Below are positions 13,083 through 26,352 of a DNA stretch of 64,000 bases, one piece after another (positions within the stretch are counted from its first letter, which is position 1; each line of letters begins with the position of its first letter). The stretch is from Haliotis rufescens (taxonomy: Eukaryota), in the NCBI RefSeq assembly GCF_023055435.1, contig NW_025963779.1, positions 81,282,001-81,346,000 on the forward strand. Direction: 5' to 3'. The translations under genes and the position numbers were made by a program. The notes under the pieces are model-generated. The model saw nothing but the letters and a program-made list of their open reading frames with translations, had not been told where the DNA came from and ran no database searches.

Positions 13083-14789
13083 CTGGTATTTTCCAGGCAT
13101 AAAAACCTCTTGACCGATATGACTAACACGTTTAAGTATCCATATTGAAAGACAAACTTGACTGACGGTTGTTATATTGACAAATATCAAACCAAACCAT
13201 TGAAATCTTAAAAAGGGTTTGACCTATGATAATTAATTTCATACAATGGCTTTGAAGAGATGGTCACGTTATAGGCATCAAAGTCTGTGACTTGGTAGGA
13301 AAATGGTAGTGATGTCTTTATTGACAAGAATCATCCCAAACTTTGTCATAGTTTTACTGTCAGTGTGAATTGGAATCTATATTTATGTAACAAGTCATCC
13401 TTATGTGTAATTGGAGTTCAATAGCCTGTAGAGTACTCTGTGAAGTGTTTTGTGATTCTATGGCTAGTTATCGAAATAGTGTCTTGCAAATTTCAAATAG
13501 TATTTGATTTCCATTGTTATATCTGTTAATATAAACTTTTTATTACCGGAATAATCAAGGAGGCGCCTGTGTTAACACTCTGATTCAACGATAGGCAGAC
13601 AGTTAAACTAACAACGACAGGATAGCTATTCTGAAAAAATCTTCAAAGGTTAATTGCAAATGAAAACATCGAAAAAAGGGCTAGACTTGATGCAAGGACT
13701 TTGATAAGGGGAAGAATTCTAGCAGTGAAGGATAAGGGCGAGTTCTTGTCCCGCTTGAATATGATTTAGATAACCAAACTAGCCAGAGAGTGTTGAGAAA
13801 TATTTGCTAACTTTAATGATCGAGTCTTTATTCTGTTTGCAAAGCGTGAGAGGGAACTCAAGCCGCCAGTCCGTGCCTCGCACAAACACAGACCCATGCA
13901 CTATCAGGGAACAATCCTCAAAGGGCCAATCGAACCCACGGCCTTCCATAAAAGCGATTGTTGTTTCAGCAAGACGATGTTTAGCATGTCCTTTAGGTCG
14001 AAAAAGCGTTTGGATTGTCTGTAACTGATCGCTTCGGCCGACAAACCGTCCATTTTGAGAAGTTTTTCTAACATAGATCCTTTTAGAACTGATTTATCTT
14101 GGTGTATTTGGCCTAGCCAGGAGAAATTGGGCGAATGACTCAGACGGTCGACTTTGGTGTCTTCAAAATACGCGACTAGTGAAAAAAGTGTTTGTGATTT
14201 GTCTACGAGAGTGTAGAAAACTTGCTAAATGTGACCTAACATTTAATTGCCTACTTACAATTATTGAACTAGACTCGCAGTATGGCGGGACCAGAAATTA
14301 GGTTTTAGAGCTCTTAAGCGTCGGTGGCAATTCTCGTGTCTGAAATTACAATGATCAGGTTAGGTGGTCTGGACTGGGGGTTAAATGATCAGTGATATTA
14401 AGTGATTGAAGGTCTGCACTTAGTGCCAATCTGTGTAAAACAATATCTCACAAAAGGAGACGCGTCGCATGTTTACATTTGGTTTAGTCTATAACTTTGT
14501 AAATACTAATACTTGATTAAAAAATCAGTTATGTTAACAACAGGACTGGCCCTGGCAATCATAATTTGAGGAATCGTGCAATTTGAATATTTTGCGTTTA
14601 CCCTGTAATCATGTCAGTGCGACATTACAGACGGGTCTTTGTGGATGCGGTTATATAAATAAGGGAAGATCAAGACATATGAACTCACTCGTAACTTAAC
14701 ACCTGGTGTCCTATATCTTATCTCGTCACGGATGCTACCGGGTAGAGCATGAAAAACCCGCTGTTCCGTGAATACCAAAGTACATTAAC

Positions 14790-15232
14790 TCTGCAGGGTT
14801 CGTCAACCCACAGGTGACCGATGACATTGGTAGATTAAGCTTTGACTCATCGTCTAGTCACCGGGTGTCTTCATTTCCTCGAACGCAATGATATAACGGG
14901 AATACTTTTCAAAGCGGCGTTAAACCCAACTCACTCACTCATTACCTCGATCTTCACACGTGACAGATGTTAACGGTAGAAGAGGACATGATCCCCGTCA
15001 CGTGAATACCTGATGTGTTTATCCATGATGATTCGGGGTTAGAATAAGCCGCCAGTGTCCCCCACTGGCTTAAAGGTGACTCAATTGCGTGGTTCGGCTC
15101 GGTGACTTGGTTCATTGCGTGTATTCGGACCCGGCGGAGTAGGGCTTTAAATATATCAATCACTCAGTTATTATCTGCTGGAATATTGCTGACAGCGGAT
15201 TCAAACAGCAAACTAACAAACAAACAAACAAT
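14790..15232 (+). mobile_element. Two adjacent degenerate SINE remnants
   Basis: Tails AAAGCGGCGTTAAACCCAACTCACTC (~14940) and GGAATATTGCTGAC...(AAAC)n (~15230). Confidence 0.55.
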
Positions 15233-15570
15233 TCAACGATTCCCTTTTTATTATCCAATACCAGTATCACTGGAGTTCCTTTTTGGAGCTATAGCTATTT
15301 CTAAACCGGTTCTTGGGCAAGGTCGATAGCATTGAACTTCTTATTGGCTATCTAAATACATAATCTAGGTTAAACAAACAAATATAATTGAGCTAATCCC
15401 GTTTCTTCAGAATTCTACGTTAATTCTATGACCCAGTTGCCCTCAGAATACTTCGGAACTCAGCATCGCGTGTGTGCATGGATGTGCACAGAGTATTAAT
15501 AAAGAGTATTAATTACTCCGAAGTGATGACATGTTCGAATGTCTCATTAAAAATAAATTTATTAATTGGA

Positions 15571-15817
15571 GACCCGTGAAGATCCGGGGTAGATTATATC
15601 TTCAGCAACCCATGCCTGCCGTAAAAGGCGACTAACGGGACCGGGTGGTCAGGCTCGCTGACTTGATTGATGCATGTCATCGTATCCCAATTTCGTGGAT
15701 CGATGTGCATGATGTCAGTCACTGGATTGTCTGGTCCAGACCCGATTGTTTACAGACCGCCGTCATATAGCTGGAATACTGCTGAGTATGGCGTTAAACA
15801 ACAACAAACAAACAAAC
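15571..15817 (+). mobile_element. SINE-like family D, full length
   Basis: 8-bp TSD TAATTGGA (15563-15570 and 15820-15827), (AAAC)n tail, no tRNA A/B boxes. Confidence 0.88.
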
Positions 15818-18337
15818 GATAATTGGATATAAGACAGGCTATTGTTAATTAACAGAATTCTCTTTTTTCTTTCGGTATCAATCTTTACCAGCACTGGGGG
15901 CGCCTCGTCCATTAAGTTAGTGACTTATTTTAATTCAGCATTGGGAATTCATTTTTTTACTAAGATATTGGCAGCTCTATACTCTATATCATTGAGAAAG
16001 TTGAATTGTATATACAAACGTGATTGTCCCACGGAGACTATTCCTTGTGCCACAAGCGCCTTTCTTTAACCTAATATACCATTTATAATCCCATAGTCTC
16101 CGTGTTTATAGACAGAACCTGAATCTTAACATTCTTTCTTGACATTGAAATATCATCGTAGATGGCAACGGCACCACCAACTTCAGACACTGCAGTCTGT
16201 ATGTTAATACGAACCAGTATCTCCACTGAGATCGTGATTGATGAAGGGGTCTCTTCCTCTGTGTGGTGGTATGGTGGACCTGTCTAGGCCATAACTGCCA
16301 TTTACATAAAACAGACACGAATTCACTGATCTACACTATGTATGTGCAACACACTACACATGTGCGGATATTCCTCCGGGTTTGGGTGGTGATAGCATTC
16401 TGCGATACACAATCATGTTAATTTCCTGTCAGTTACAGACCTCCGCACAGACAGTGCTATTTGTACTGAAAACACGATTTGCATGGTTAAGTTAGAATAG
16501 GGGTCGTATCATGTCGCGTTAATGTTAATTGAGGTGGTAGTGTACAACGCGAGACGAATTGGTATCTGTCTGCTGATGACTCGGATTAACTTTCATTAAG
16601 AGGTAGGGTTTGCGTTATTGAACTGTTCATTTGGAAAATGACTGTTGTTAGTAACTGAATAGATCGTTAGTGACAGATCCACTGTAATTGCGTACCGAAC
16701 GAGTGAGCGTTAAAGAGGCGTTATGCATTGTGTATCGACTGTGAGCGCGAGAGAGGCAGATCGATGTGGTTTGCTGGGTATGGGAATAGAATTATAAGTG
16801 ATTAAATGAAGAATTTACAATACAAACGTATATAAGGCATTTGTCAAATATTTATATGATGGAACTGCCCATCCACAAATGAGAAATTATAATAGTTTTG
16901 TTTTGTTTTTCTTCCTATTGAGCATGTGGACTCATTTCTAGCACTGTAATAATTCACTTTTGAGCATTACCTTAGCCTACCAAGAACGATTTTAAAAGAT
17001 CAAGCTTGGGTAAAATTAATGAACAGGTAATGGAAAATATAACCGTTTACTCACGAGATGAGGATGCGAATAATTTGCTTAATGGAAGCATCATAGATTG
17101 CTGATTTCGTCATTTGTCCAAAGATAATAATGTGGTACGTTTTACAGTTGTTTACTTATAAAGGTAGGTAATTGATAATCAGCATGGCTATTAACATGAT
17201 ATTTCTCAATAATAATAGTAACACTAATAACATCGATTTCACAGAGCAGCTAATTGTGAACGATGCTCCTAATCAGGAGCGATTATAGGAAATGGTTGGA
17301 GTTGTCGTTGACTTAACAAGCAGACAATAGACATCGTTAGGGAAAAGGTAAACCTGAATCCAAAGGCCCTGCAATCCATGACAAATATTTGAAACATTAA
17401 AAATAAACGTTATATGCTTAGAATCGTTGGTTTATCGATAGAAAGTTGATTACAGTTTGTTTTGAGCTTAGACTGGTTGTTTGAAACTGAGCCGTAGTCA
17501 ATACTAGTAATTAGAAGAGGATAAGATTTGCATAGCATCTCCACGTTAAACAAGGCCTCTATTTGATCACCGTGACAGTAGAATAGAATATGGATATACG
17601 TAGAGGGGCTGGCAAACAAACCCAAAAGGACAACAAAGGGTTCGTGCTGTAATTTTTGCTTTTGTACATAGGTAGTCGATATGCTTGTGACCGACTCGGG
17701 GGGGGATGTTGTGATACATGACCACGGTGTCTTCACGCATTGCTGTGAAATCAGAAGTGTCATCCATGTGTAAAGTGGCATGTGTTTCGTGTCCGATGTT
17801 TCAACAAATATTCTGGACATTGATTTATAAGGGTCTTGTAAGTGCTGTGACATATCATGTTATGTGTATTGTCTATTCGAAATGAGTAAATGACACTGTT
17901 ATACAGATGTGGGTGTCTCGCATCTCTCAATACAAAAAACAGCCGTGACAAGCACATCTTGTCCTGGGATCGAAACCCGGGTTCAACCACATTAGCACCA
18001 TGCATACCCGTACTCCCCCGCCTCCTACCGTGGCTTTCACTGCAGCGGAAAATGTCTACGACCCGAGTTACTTTCTCCTTGTGATACAAAAACCAAATAG
18101 AACTAGTGTGCCTGTTGGATTATGTCGCTTGTAGCAGTATTCCCTCAATATTCTAAACGCTATTATGGGCAATATTGCAGATGCGGCTTCAATCAATATT
18201 TACTCACTTGCTCCATCCCTCACTCCCTCACTCCCTCCCTCCCTCCCTCCCTCACTCACTCCATATCACAACAGTGGACGACATCAAGACTGGGCAATGA
18301 GAATAAAATTAATGATTCCGTTTCTCTTCCTTCAGGA

Positions 18338-18687
18338 GACCGCCTCCGTGGTCCAGTGGTAGAGCGTGCGCCCGGAGATCGGAAGGTCCGGGGTTCGATC
18401 CCCGGCCGCGTCATACCAAAAGACGTTAAAATATGGTACTTGTTGTCACCCTGTCTGGCCCTCGGCATTAAGGGGCTAAAACAAGGACTGGTCGGCTGGG
18501 AGTCAGTATACTGTGTCTGAGTGGGGTATTCATGTTAAACTGTAGCATGGTATCTCAGTGTGCTAGCACTATAAATCGGCATTAGTCCGGACTAGTACAA
18601 GCAGCCACACACACACACACACGTGCATGCACGTCGCTATATAAGTGCAATAATCTTGGACGCGACGTTAAACCCATTTCACCTCAC
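18338..18687 (+). mobile_element. SINE family A, full length
   Basis: 12-bp TSD CTTCCTTCAGGA (18326-18337 and 18688-18699). Confidence 0.92.
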
Positions 18688-19847
18688 CTTCCTTCAGGAT
18701 ACAAAGAATTCCGTATACGGTATACGGTTTACGTTTTCAAGTAAGTCCTGTTACGTAGATTCAACCTGTGAGAATGTTACAGAGACCTGAAGTATTACAG
18801 TTTTACTTCTGCTGACAAAACGATACCTATGCAGATATTCCTTTGTTAGGATCTACTGTTAAGAACGTTGAGTATACACCAAACGTAAAAAATGCAAAAT
18901 GGTTTCAACAGCTAGGCATACCTTCTTACCATGAAATAAACTTGAAATGAATTTTATTATACTATTATGCTTTTGGACACATATACATGAATGTATAGGT
19001 TTTACGTAGGTCGTTGGCGATATAACCTCTAGATGACATGTGTAATAGCTTATGAATTAGGCAAGACGTAACATTGCTGAATTCGAGTGCTTTTGCCCTT
19101 AGGTTGTGTTACAGCTCCTAAACCACTCACATTATTCATTTTACACCAGCTCTTTACGAGTGCTAGGATTGTATGTTGCCGTCCCATCGTATTTATTACT
19201 TCCTTATGATTTTCTGCCAGGTCACGTTGCTTTTCATCGCCGGAAGTTCGAGACGGCCATTAGTGACGTCAGGGATGGTATATCCGGTGTGAACAGGAAG
19301 TACTGTCGCAAATGGGACTTGGTTTCAATGACGTGGGGATATTACATCGAAAACGGGCTATTGATTCATACCCTGACTCAGGCAGTCGAGACAGCACCGA
19401 AATTATCACTAAGATTGAATTGATTGTTCTCTACAGCTCACGACACGTCGTCAGTGGTTCCGGCCAAGCTCGCAATAACGGACGTCAGTTCGATTTATGG
19501 CCTACTTCCGGCTGTAGATGTACCATGCTGGTCTTCCGGCCGTAGTTCAACACATGCGCTCCATTGTCATGGTAACATACGTGACATGTGATCAAAGGAA
19601 TGAAACCACTTGCACTGAATAATCGTGTCACACTTTTATAAATAGATCAATGAAAATTACTCGATTGATAGCTGCAGGCCAAAATGTCTCTTCGAAAAGT
19701 CGTCATATAGCCACTGTTAACAGTGAGTGAATTTGGCTCAGTGCCGCTTTGAACAGTATTCCAGTTATTTCACGGCAGCTTGATGTGGGAGGAAAGCCCG
19801 AAGTGATGCAGGTCTTAGACGTTTACCACTTTGGTGAAACCCTGGAG

Positions 19848-19905
19848 GTGAGGTGAGGTGAAATGCGGTTTAAAGATTATTGCACTCATATAGCGACGTG
19901 CATGC

Positions 19906-19956
<51 letters not shown>

Positions 19957-20230
19957 TGTGTGTGTGTGGCTGCTTGTACTAGTCCGGACTGATGCCGATT
20001 TATAGTGCTAGCACACTGAGTTACCATGCTACAGTTTAACATGAATACCCCACTCAGACACAGTATACCGAGCCGACCAGTGCTTGGTTTAGCCCCTTAA
20101 TGCCGAGCGCCAGACAGGGTAACAACAAGTACCATCTTTTAACGTCTTTTGGTATGACGCGGCTGGGGATCGAACCCCGGACCTTCCGATCTCCGGGCGG
20201 ACACTCTACCATTAGACCACGGAGGCGGTC
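19848..20230 (-). mobile_element. SINE family A with expanded (TG)n, nested in an older family C copy (~19722-20260)
   Basis: 14-bp TSD GTGAAACCC(T/A)GGAG; the flanks match the reverse complement of 12720-12870. Confidence 0.9.
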
Positions 20231-20899
20231 GTGAAACCCAGGAGCAACGGCATGGTGCTGATTGTCATACAGTCCATTTGCATGACATCAACGTCCTAAA
20301 CATCTGTGCACAATTCTAAGTGATTGAATTACCCGGGAATAAATTGATGTTTCATTTTGTGCAATTTTGCGCAAGGCTTCTTGTAGTAACGGAATTGGAA
20401 AATTGGATGCATTATCACATAAATAAATTTGATTCAAAAGTGATTATGTGACATTTGTTTGGCTTACCAAGCTATTTATTTTGCGTTTATGTTTCCATAA
20501 ACCGAAAAAACATTGGGCCACGTCAAATAGCGGACTCCTGTTTCTTCATTGGTTGATAATAGAATGAGCGGTTGTGTCGCATTATTGCGCTGATCATGTC
20601 GCTGATTACGCAGTAAGCTCATTGTTGCCGCATTTATTCATAAGAGAATTGACTTCAATATGTTTTTGCGTATCTGGAGGAAAAACGAAAAAATCGATGT
20701 GCACACTTTGCGTAAATCCATTTCGCAAAAAATTATTTGAATTCAGTACTTAAACACATGTTTCTTCAATTCTGACTACGAACGTTGTTCTGTTTGCAGC
20801 TGACAATAGTATTTCTAGCTGCGGTCACGTGGTCCCGTTGTCCCGTGTACTGCACACAGGTCACAAACAAGCAGCAAGGTTAGGCAGCGCTGGACGCGG

Positions 20900-21190
20900 A
20901 GAAGAGTTGGATAGGGCTGACTCCCGAGAGTTTCAATGGCACACTGGAACACTGGTTATGTAGTATAACCACAAGCAAGAGGCTTTCTTCGAAATATGAC
21001 TGTGTTCACCTAGCAGTGAATGGGTACCCAGGAGGATGAGACGGTAATGTGACTGTAAACCTTGTGGCTCCTCATCAGACAGTTTCAGAGGCTGACAATT
21101 TGTGTGTACGCTGATCCAAAGACCTGGTAATAATATTGTAGCGCCATGAGAATTCACCTGGAGAATGGAATTTGGCGCATAATATACCAT
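20900..21190 (+). mobile_element. Degenerate SINE of a further family
   Basis: TTCACCTAGCAGTGAATGGGTACC central motif and an L2-like GCGCCATGAG...GGCGCATAATATA tail; recognised from memory only. Confidence 0.4.
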
Positions 21191-21288
21191 CTTTCTTAAC
21201 CTACTGTTCCCAAGTAAGATGGACGTCACTGCGAACTTATTCTATTACGTTCGACGCCGCGTTGCCAACTGAACAGAGGATAAACCCC

Positions 21289-21455
21289 GTGAGTGAGTGA
21301 GTTTGGTTTTACGCCGCTTTAAGCAATATTCCGGCAACATCACGGCAGGGAACACCAGAAACGGGCTTCACACATTGTACCCATGTCGGGAATTGAACCC
21401 GGGTCTTCGGCGCGACGAGTGAACGCTTTAACCACTAGGCTACCCGACCGCCTCC
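21289..21455 (-). mobile_element. SINE family B
   Basis: Reverse complement of 6879-7056. Confidence 0.88.
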
Positions 21456-21609
21456 TATAAACCTCATGACAGAATATATGTAAGTTCGACAAAATTTAAA
21501 CCCTCAGGTGATGTTAAATATATACCATGGTAGGTTGTATGACAACACTATCTATGTTGCCCTTACAGCCGCCAGTACCACGTTTCTTTCATAAATACTG
21601 ATAGACTGG

Positions 21610-21800
21610 AGTCCCCAGCTCATGTTTGTAAGAGGAGAATGGATGGATTGTATGGTCAGGCTCGGTGACTTGGTTTATTGCGCGCCATCGTATTCCAGTG
21701 AAGTGGATCGTTACTTATAATACCAATCACTGGTCTGTATGCTCCAGATTCGCTTAATCAGCTTGATTATTACTGAGTGCGTCGTTAAACAACAAACAAG
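21610..21800 (+). mobile_element. Degenerate family D copy
   Basis: GGTCAGGCTCGGTGACTTGGTT...GAGTGCGTCGTTAAACAACAAAC. Confidence 0.65.
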
Positions 21801-22144
21801 CAGGCAAGCCGTGATATGATTAATCACCATATTTTCCATTCTTACATATAATTTATTGCCGGAAAAGAACAAAAAGATATTCAAAACACAATTAGGATTT
21901 TTTATCTAACGCGCAAAGCTCAACTAGAGTCGACGTGTGTGGCCACTTTAATAGGCCATTCCAGGAAACACAGTAACGCAGACCGACATACGGACCCACG
22001 AGTAGTTGTGTTGGGAAATAGTCTGATGGATAGGAGTAATGACTCTTTAAATGACTGAACACACTCTGGTTAACTCGTTTTGCTTGATCAACTAAAAAAT
22101 GCCGGCTTCAGAGTGAACTCATGAATGAAGACGCGATGATTTAA

Positions 22145-22632
22145 TGAGTGAGTGGGTGTTTTGGTCTAACGCCGCTTTAAACAGTGTTTCAGTTGCATCA
22201 CGGATTGTTTGATTTTATATTTGATTTAAATATATTTTATTGCGGAAAAACAAATGGATTGGGCACAAGTGACACTTACCAGGCCTTCTCCTTCATACAT
22301 TTCATTACATGTGAATAATGATAGTGCAGAATAAATGTACAGCGCAGAGAAATTATATACAAGTAATGAGAAAATATAACAACACACACACACACACACA
22401 CACATACATAATATTATACATTATACATATACATCACAGATTGTCAGGATGATGAGGGAGGAAAGTGATGCAGGTCATGACATTAAAACCATTAAAACAT
22501 TAAAATTATTAAAACTTTGTTGAGTGAGTTTGGAGGTACTGACAAGTCTAGAAACATCAGAACAACGATCATAGGTTTCTGGCTCGCCTAAGGGACGCAA
22601 CTCTGCTGAGCGAATTGCGGCGCCTTGACGAC
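22145..22632 (-). mobile_element. Degenerate family C SINE split by a ~220-bp insertion (22209-22431)
   Basis: Tail at 22145-22200 and head at 22560-22632. The insert is flanked by CATCAC(G/A)GATTGT duplications and has a LINE-like AATAAA/(AAATC) 3' end on the minus strand. Confidence 0.65.
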
Positions 22633-23689
22633 TTCAAGAAATAAGATGATGAGTCATTAGCATAGTTTAAGGTTATGTAAGGTGATATTTAAGATAATCT
22701 TTAAAAATAAGCATAATTAAACTTTATTGGATAAAGTTTCCCCTACATGTATTTGTAATAAATTGCCACATGTTCTCGATAAAGATGGGATAAACGGAAA
22801 CGTACTGAACCCGATTTCACGTCTCGACGTATGGTGACGTTATTCCAACATTACGGCGATGGCAGAGGTGTACATGCAATATGCTTGGAAACACTATATC
22901 AGCGTACGCTAAATAACTCCAAAACAAATGAAAACACATTATCGTATGCATGTATTGTGTGTGCTAGGCATCTGTGCAGCGCTACATTCAACAGAACTTC
23001 TGCAGCATGTGTATTAAAGCGACACACTCTTTACCATAATCCTAAGAAATCTCTACTAAAAGCAGTGTCTCATTATCAGATTCCGACTAAATTATAAGAA
23101 TGAGTTTATGAATTACGTATCACTTCAACACATACGCCACTTTACAAATATATGTCTTCAGTTATAACAGCTGGAAATTTATGATTTTGTTAACGCTTCT
23201 ATTAGTTGTGTGAACCATTAGCTTTATCGATACATCGAGAATAACAAAATGAATATACCGTGAGTGTCCGCAATATGTGAAGGATATCCATAGTTCATTT
23301 TCTCTGATTCCTAATCCAAATAACGACACAAGTCTGTTTGCCGGACACACATATGTTATTGTCAATGGCTAGTTATTTCTGTGTTAAGTACATCATTATT
23401 AAAGTCTTATTAATGTGTCCATACATCACTTGTTTGTCTGCTGTTTAATAGTTCAGCTGTATTCATTACTAAGCTACATCTAACGTAAAGATTATGAATC
23501 AAAATATCGATGTTATATCAATTTAAATACAGATATAATGGTATTTTGTTATACAATAGGTCTTTCAAAAACACTCGCAGAAGCACATGCAGATACACAT
23601 GCACTTCGTAGTGGTTCCTTAAATAGATCCCATGGCCCATGCGTGTCGTAAGACTCGATACAAGTGAGCATCGGGTACATAAAACGTGT

Positions 23690-24690
23690 GACCACCAAAG
23701 TCCCGTCTCTATGATTACTATAATCCTTAATACAATCAAGGAAGGACATTTTTATATTCATAGAAAGTATTTGAGACAAGAGGAATTAATACCATGGGGA
23801 TTCTCAAAAACTCAAAGGAATTGCTTGACTTTTTACAACCTCAGAAAAGAACCAGGTTCAATGCTGTCGTAACATTTGATTTTTCAACTTTGGACATGTT
23901 AATTCCGTGATACACGAGGCTTTTGTTACAAAACGTGGTGTCCATAGGTATAGTGTCATATCTATCTTCAGATTTTCGGGTCAATTTGTGAAAAAATGAA
24001 ACTAAATGAAATCTGAATTTTACTGAGAAAACAATCTATAACATCTATGTAAATTTTTAGGGTATGACATTTAGAAACGACGTAGACATCCCCATGGACA
24101 CCAATTGGGCTCCCCTTCTGGCGGATCTGTTTCTTTATGCATATGAATAGGATTGGTAGAGTCAAATTAAGCTAATTTGGCCAAGAAATGTAACTTAAGG
24201 TTTGGGTATATCAATGATCTGATATCGTTCAAAAACCATGAAATAGCCAAATCTCTTCCCCTGATTTACCCACCTTAACTAGAAATAAAGGAGACCAGTA
24301 AGGTTGCTTCATCGGTTTCGTATTTAGATCTATGCATAAAGATTCAGAGTGACAAATTACTCTCCACAAGACTGTTGTCATTATGACAAGAGGGATGACT
24401 CCAACTACCCAATAGTCAACTTTCCCTTATGTCGAGCAATGTGCCTGCCGTTCCAGCCCTTGGTGTCTACATTTCCCAACTTTTGAGGTACAATCGAGCA
24501 TGCCACGATTTCAAGGAGCGCCATACAACACTTGCCCAGCAGTTGTTTGATAAGGTGACAACATTCAAGGCCTTAGTAAAGCTTTCAAAAAGTTTTATGG
24601 TAGACATGTGGAGGACATTTCCAAATTTGACGCACCAGTGATAAAAATGATGTCCGATGCAATTCCCTGGTTTAATTTGCACCTTGCGTT
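23690..24690 (+). mobile_element. Decayed reverse transcriptase, Penelope-like element
   Basis: Ordered motifs ILKNSKELL, TFDFSTL, NIYVNF, IPMDTNWAPLLADLFLYAYE, GYINDL (YIDD-like), SYLDL, YDKRDD..YPIVNFP and GVYISQLLRYNRAC, with stops and frameshifts. Confidence 0.8.
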
Positions 24691-24909
24691 CCGGCGTTTT
24701 TTAGGTGTACAATTGCATGTGTTTGTGACGAGTGCCACCTGGTGGGACAGGAAGGGCTGAGCATTTCGCGAACACCTGGTATCATCACTCTTTGACAGTG
24801 ATTCATAAACACATGCTCAAGATATAGTTGGATTCCAACAATCGACTCTTTTTGGCATAGATTTCGTATGAATATGGAAAGAGTTTTAACGCTTTTATAA
24901 ATTGGTAAG

Positions 24910-25080
24910 TGGCGGCTAACGGGATCGGAAGACGGGACCTCGATGTTTCGGTTGATGCTTGTCATCGTATCCCACTTGCTAAGATCGAGGCTCATGATGT
25001 CAATCACTGGGCTGTCTCTATTATTTACAGACCACCGTCATATTGCTTGAATATTGCTGAGTGCGTCGTTAACAACAAAA
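24910..25080 (+). mobile_element. Partial family D copy
   Basis: GGCGGCTAACGGGATCGG...AATATTGCTGAGTGCGTCGTTAA. Confidence 0.7.
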
Positions 25081-25611
25081 CTCAAAGGTTTACGTGAGAT
25101 CTTTAACAATGATCGGACCTATTCACAAAATCTTCTCTTTTTACGATTACATCGACAAAAAGTACCGGCAGTTATAATCAAGACGCTATGGAAAATTGAA
25201 TCCTCCTAAATTCTTAACAGATTACCCTTTTTAAAGTTATTATTGCTTTTAGCGTTGTGTGTTTTATTATATACTCCCACCTCTCGAATCTGAATCCTAT
25301 TGTGAACCAAAGTGTGAAGTTTGACATTGACGTTAAATGTATATTTTACGTCCACTTCAATACTGATGCCAGTGAAGGGAATGGCCACCTTGGTTAGTTA
25401 CATTCTTGTATCTCTTTCTCTTTGTTTAAAAATTAATTCTGTGACTCACGGCAAATGCATTCCCATCTGAAACTGAAATAAACATCTTCATTAATACTAT
25501 ATCCCAAGTGGACGAAAGACAAGGACAACCAGAATTTGAAAGTAATGTCAATCCCAAGGACTTACATTCACTTTAGGTGCTTGTCGCGTAGAAATAAGGT
25601 CACCAGTCGTC

Positions 25612-26020
25612 AATCATAAATTATCAAAGGCAGACTTACACTACAAAAACAGTTTTCTCTATATATCTGTACGCCCTCAACTAAAACATTCTTGAAACTA
25701 TGCAACGACGAGGAGTTGCCATATATTTTATGCATACCCCATGGCATACATCTATTAACAACATTGACAAACGAACATGCTACATGGTATTTTGATTAAG
25801 GCATCCAAGTCCTATATGTTTTCTATCAATTCATTTCTTTACAGTGCACAATCTGGATGATAACTGCAAGTTATAATTAGTTTTAATGTCATAATGCTCT
25901 ATGACTACTGTCATCAAGAAGAATGTGTGCACATTTGATGTTGACGTGTCAGCTGTGACTTTTCACGCACACCTCAAACAACACGGTGAAATAACCTGTG
26001 GAAATTGTCCCTGTTCAAGC
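25612..26020 (+). repeat. Diverged relic of the array spacer (homologous to 28738-29197)
   Basis: Collinear matches, e.g. TGTACGCCCTC..CTAAAACATTCTTGAAACT, AACATTGACAAACGAACAT and ATCTGGATGATAACTGCAA, with many substitutions. Confidence 0.9.
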
Positions 26021-26022
26021 AA

Positions 26023-26352
26023 AGGGGCGGTATTCATAAACATTCTCAAAGTGCAAAAGAGGTCTTAAGTCTGAGAAAATTCTTAGAAATACCAAAAGTT
26101 ACTCTTACATCGAATAATTGTCCTAAGTCATATTCATAAATACTTTTAGCACTAAGAGTACTCCCAAAGTTAAGAGTACCCAAGAGGACTTTTAGTTATC
26201 TAAGAATTTCCTCAGTATCCAATATGGCGGCAGCTGGGGCACCGCAGCCTCATCAGCTGAGAACTTTCAGGCCAAGGAAAAACATTTTCAGTGTGTATTC
26301 AGACACGGAACTTATCCAGCGGTTTCGTCTTGACAGTGCAGGTATATTATTA
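26023..26352 (+). mobile_element. 5' fragment of a PIF/Harbinger transposon
   Basis: TIR-like start GGGGCGGTATTCATAAA. ATG at 26224 opens MAAAGAPQPHQLRTFRPRKNIFSVYSDTELIQRFRLDSAGIL, resembling the N-terminal R.FR.R...Y.D.ELI.RFRL motif of Harbinger/HARBI1-type transposases; truncated where spacer homology resumes. Confidence 0.7.

Noticed and set aside
17410-18089. 147-aa and 109-aa minus-strand ORFs
   Set aside because: No recognisable motif or convincing splice context; lengths are compatible with chance.
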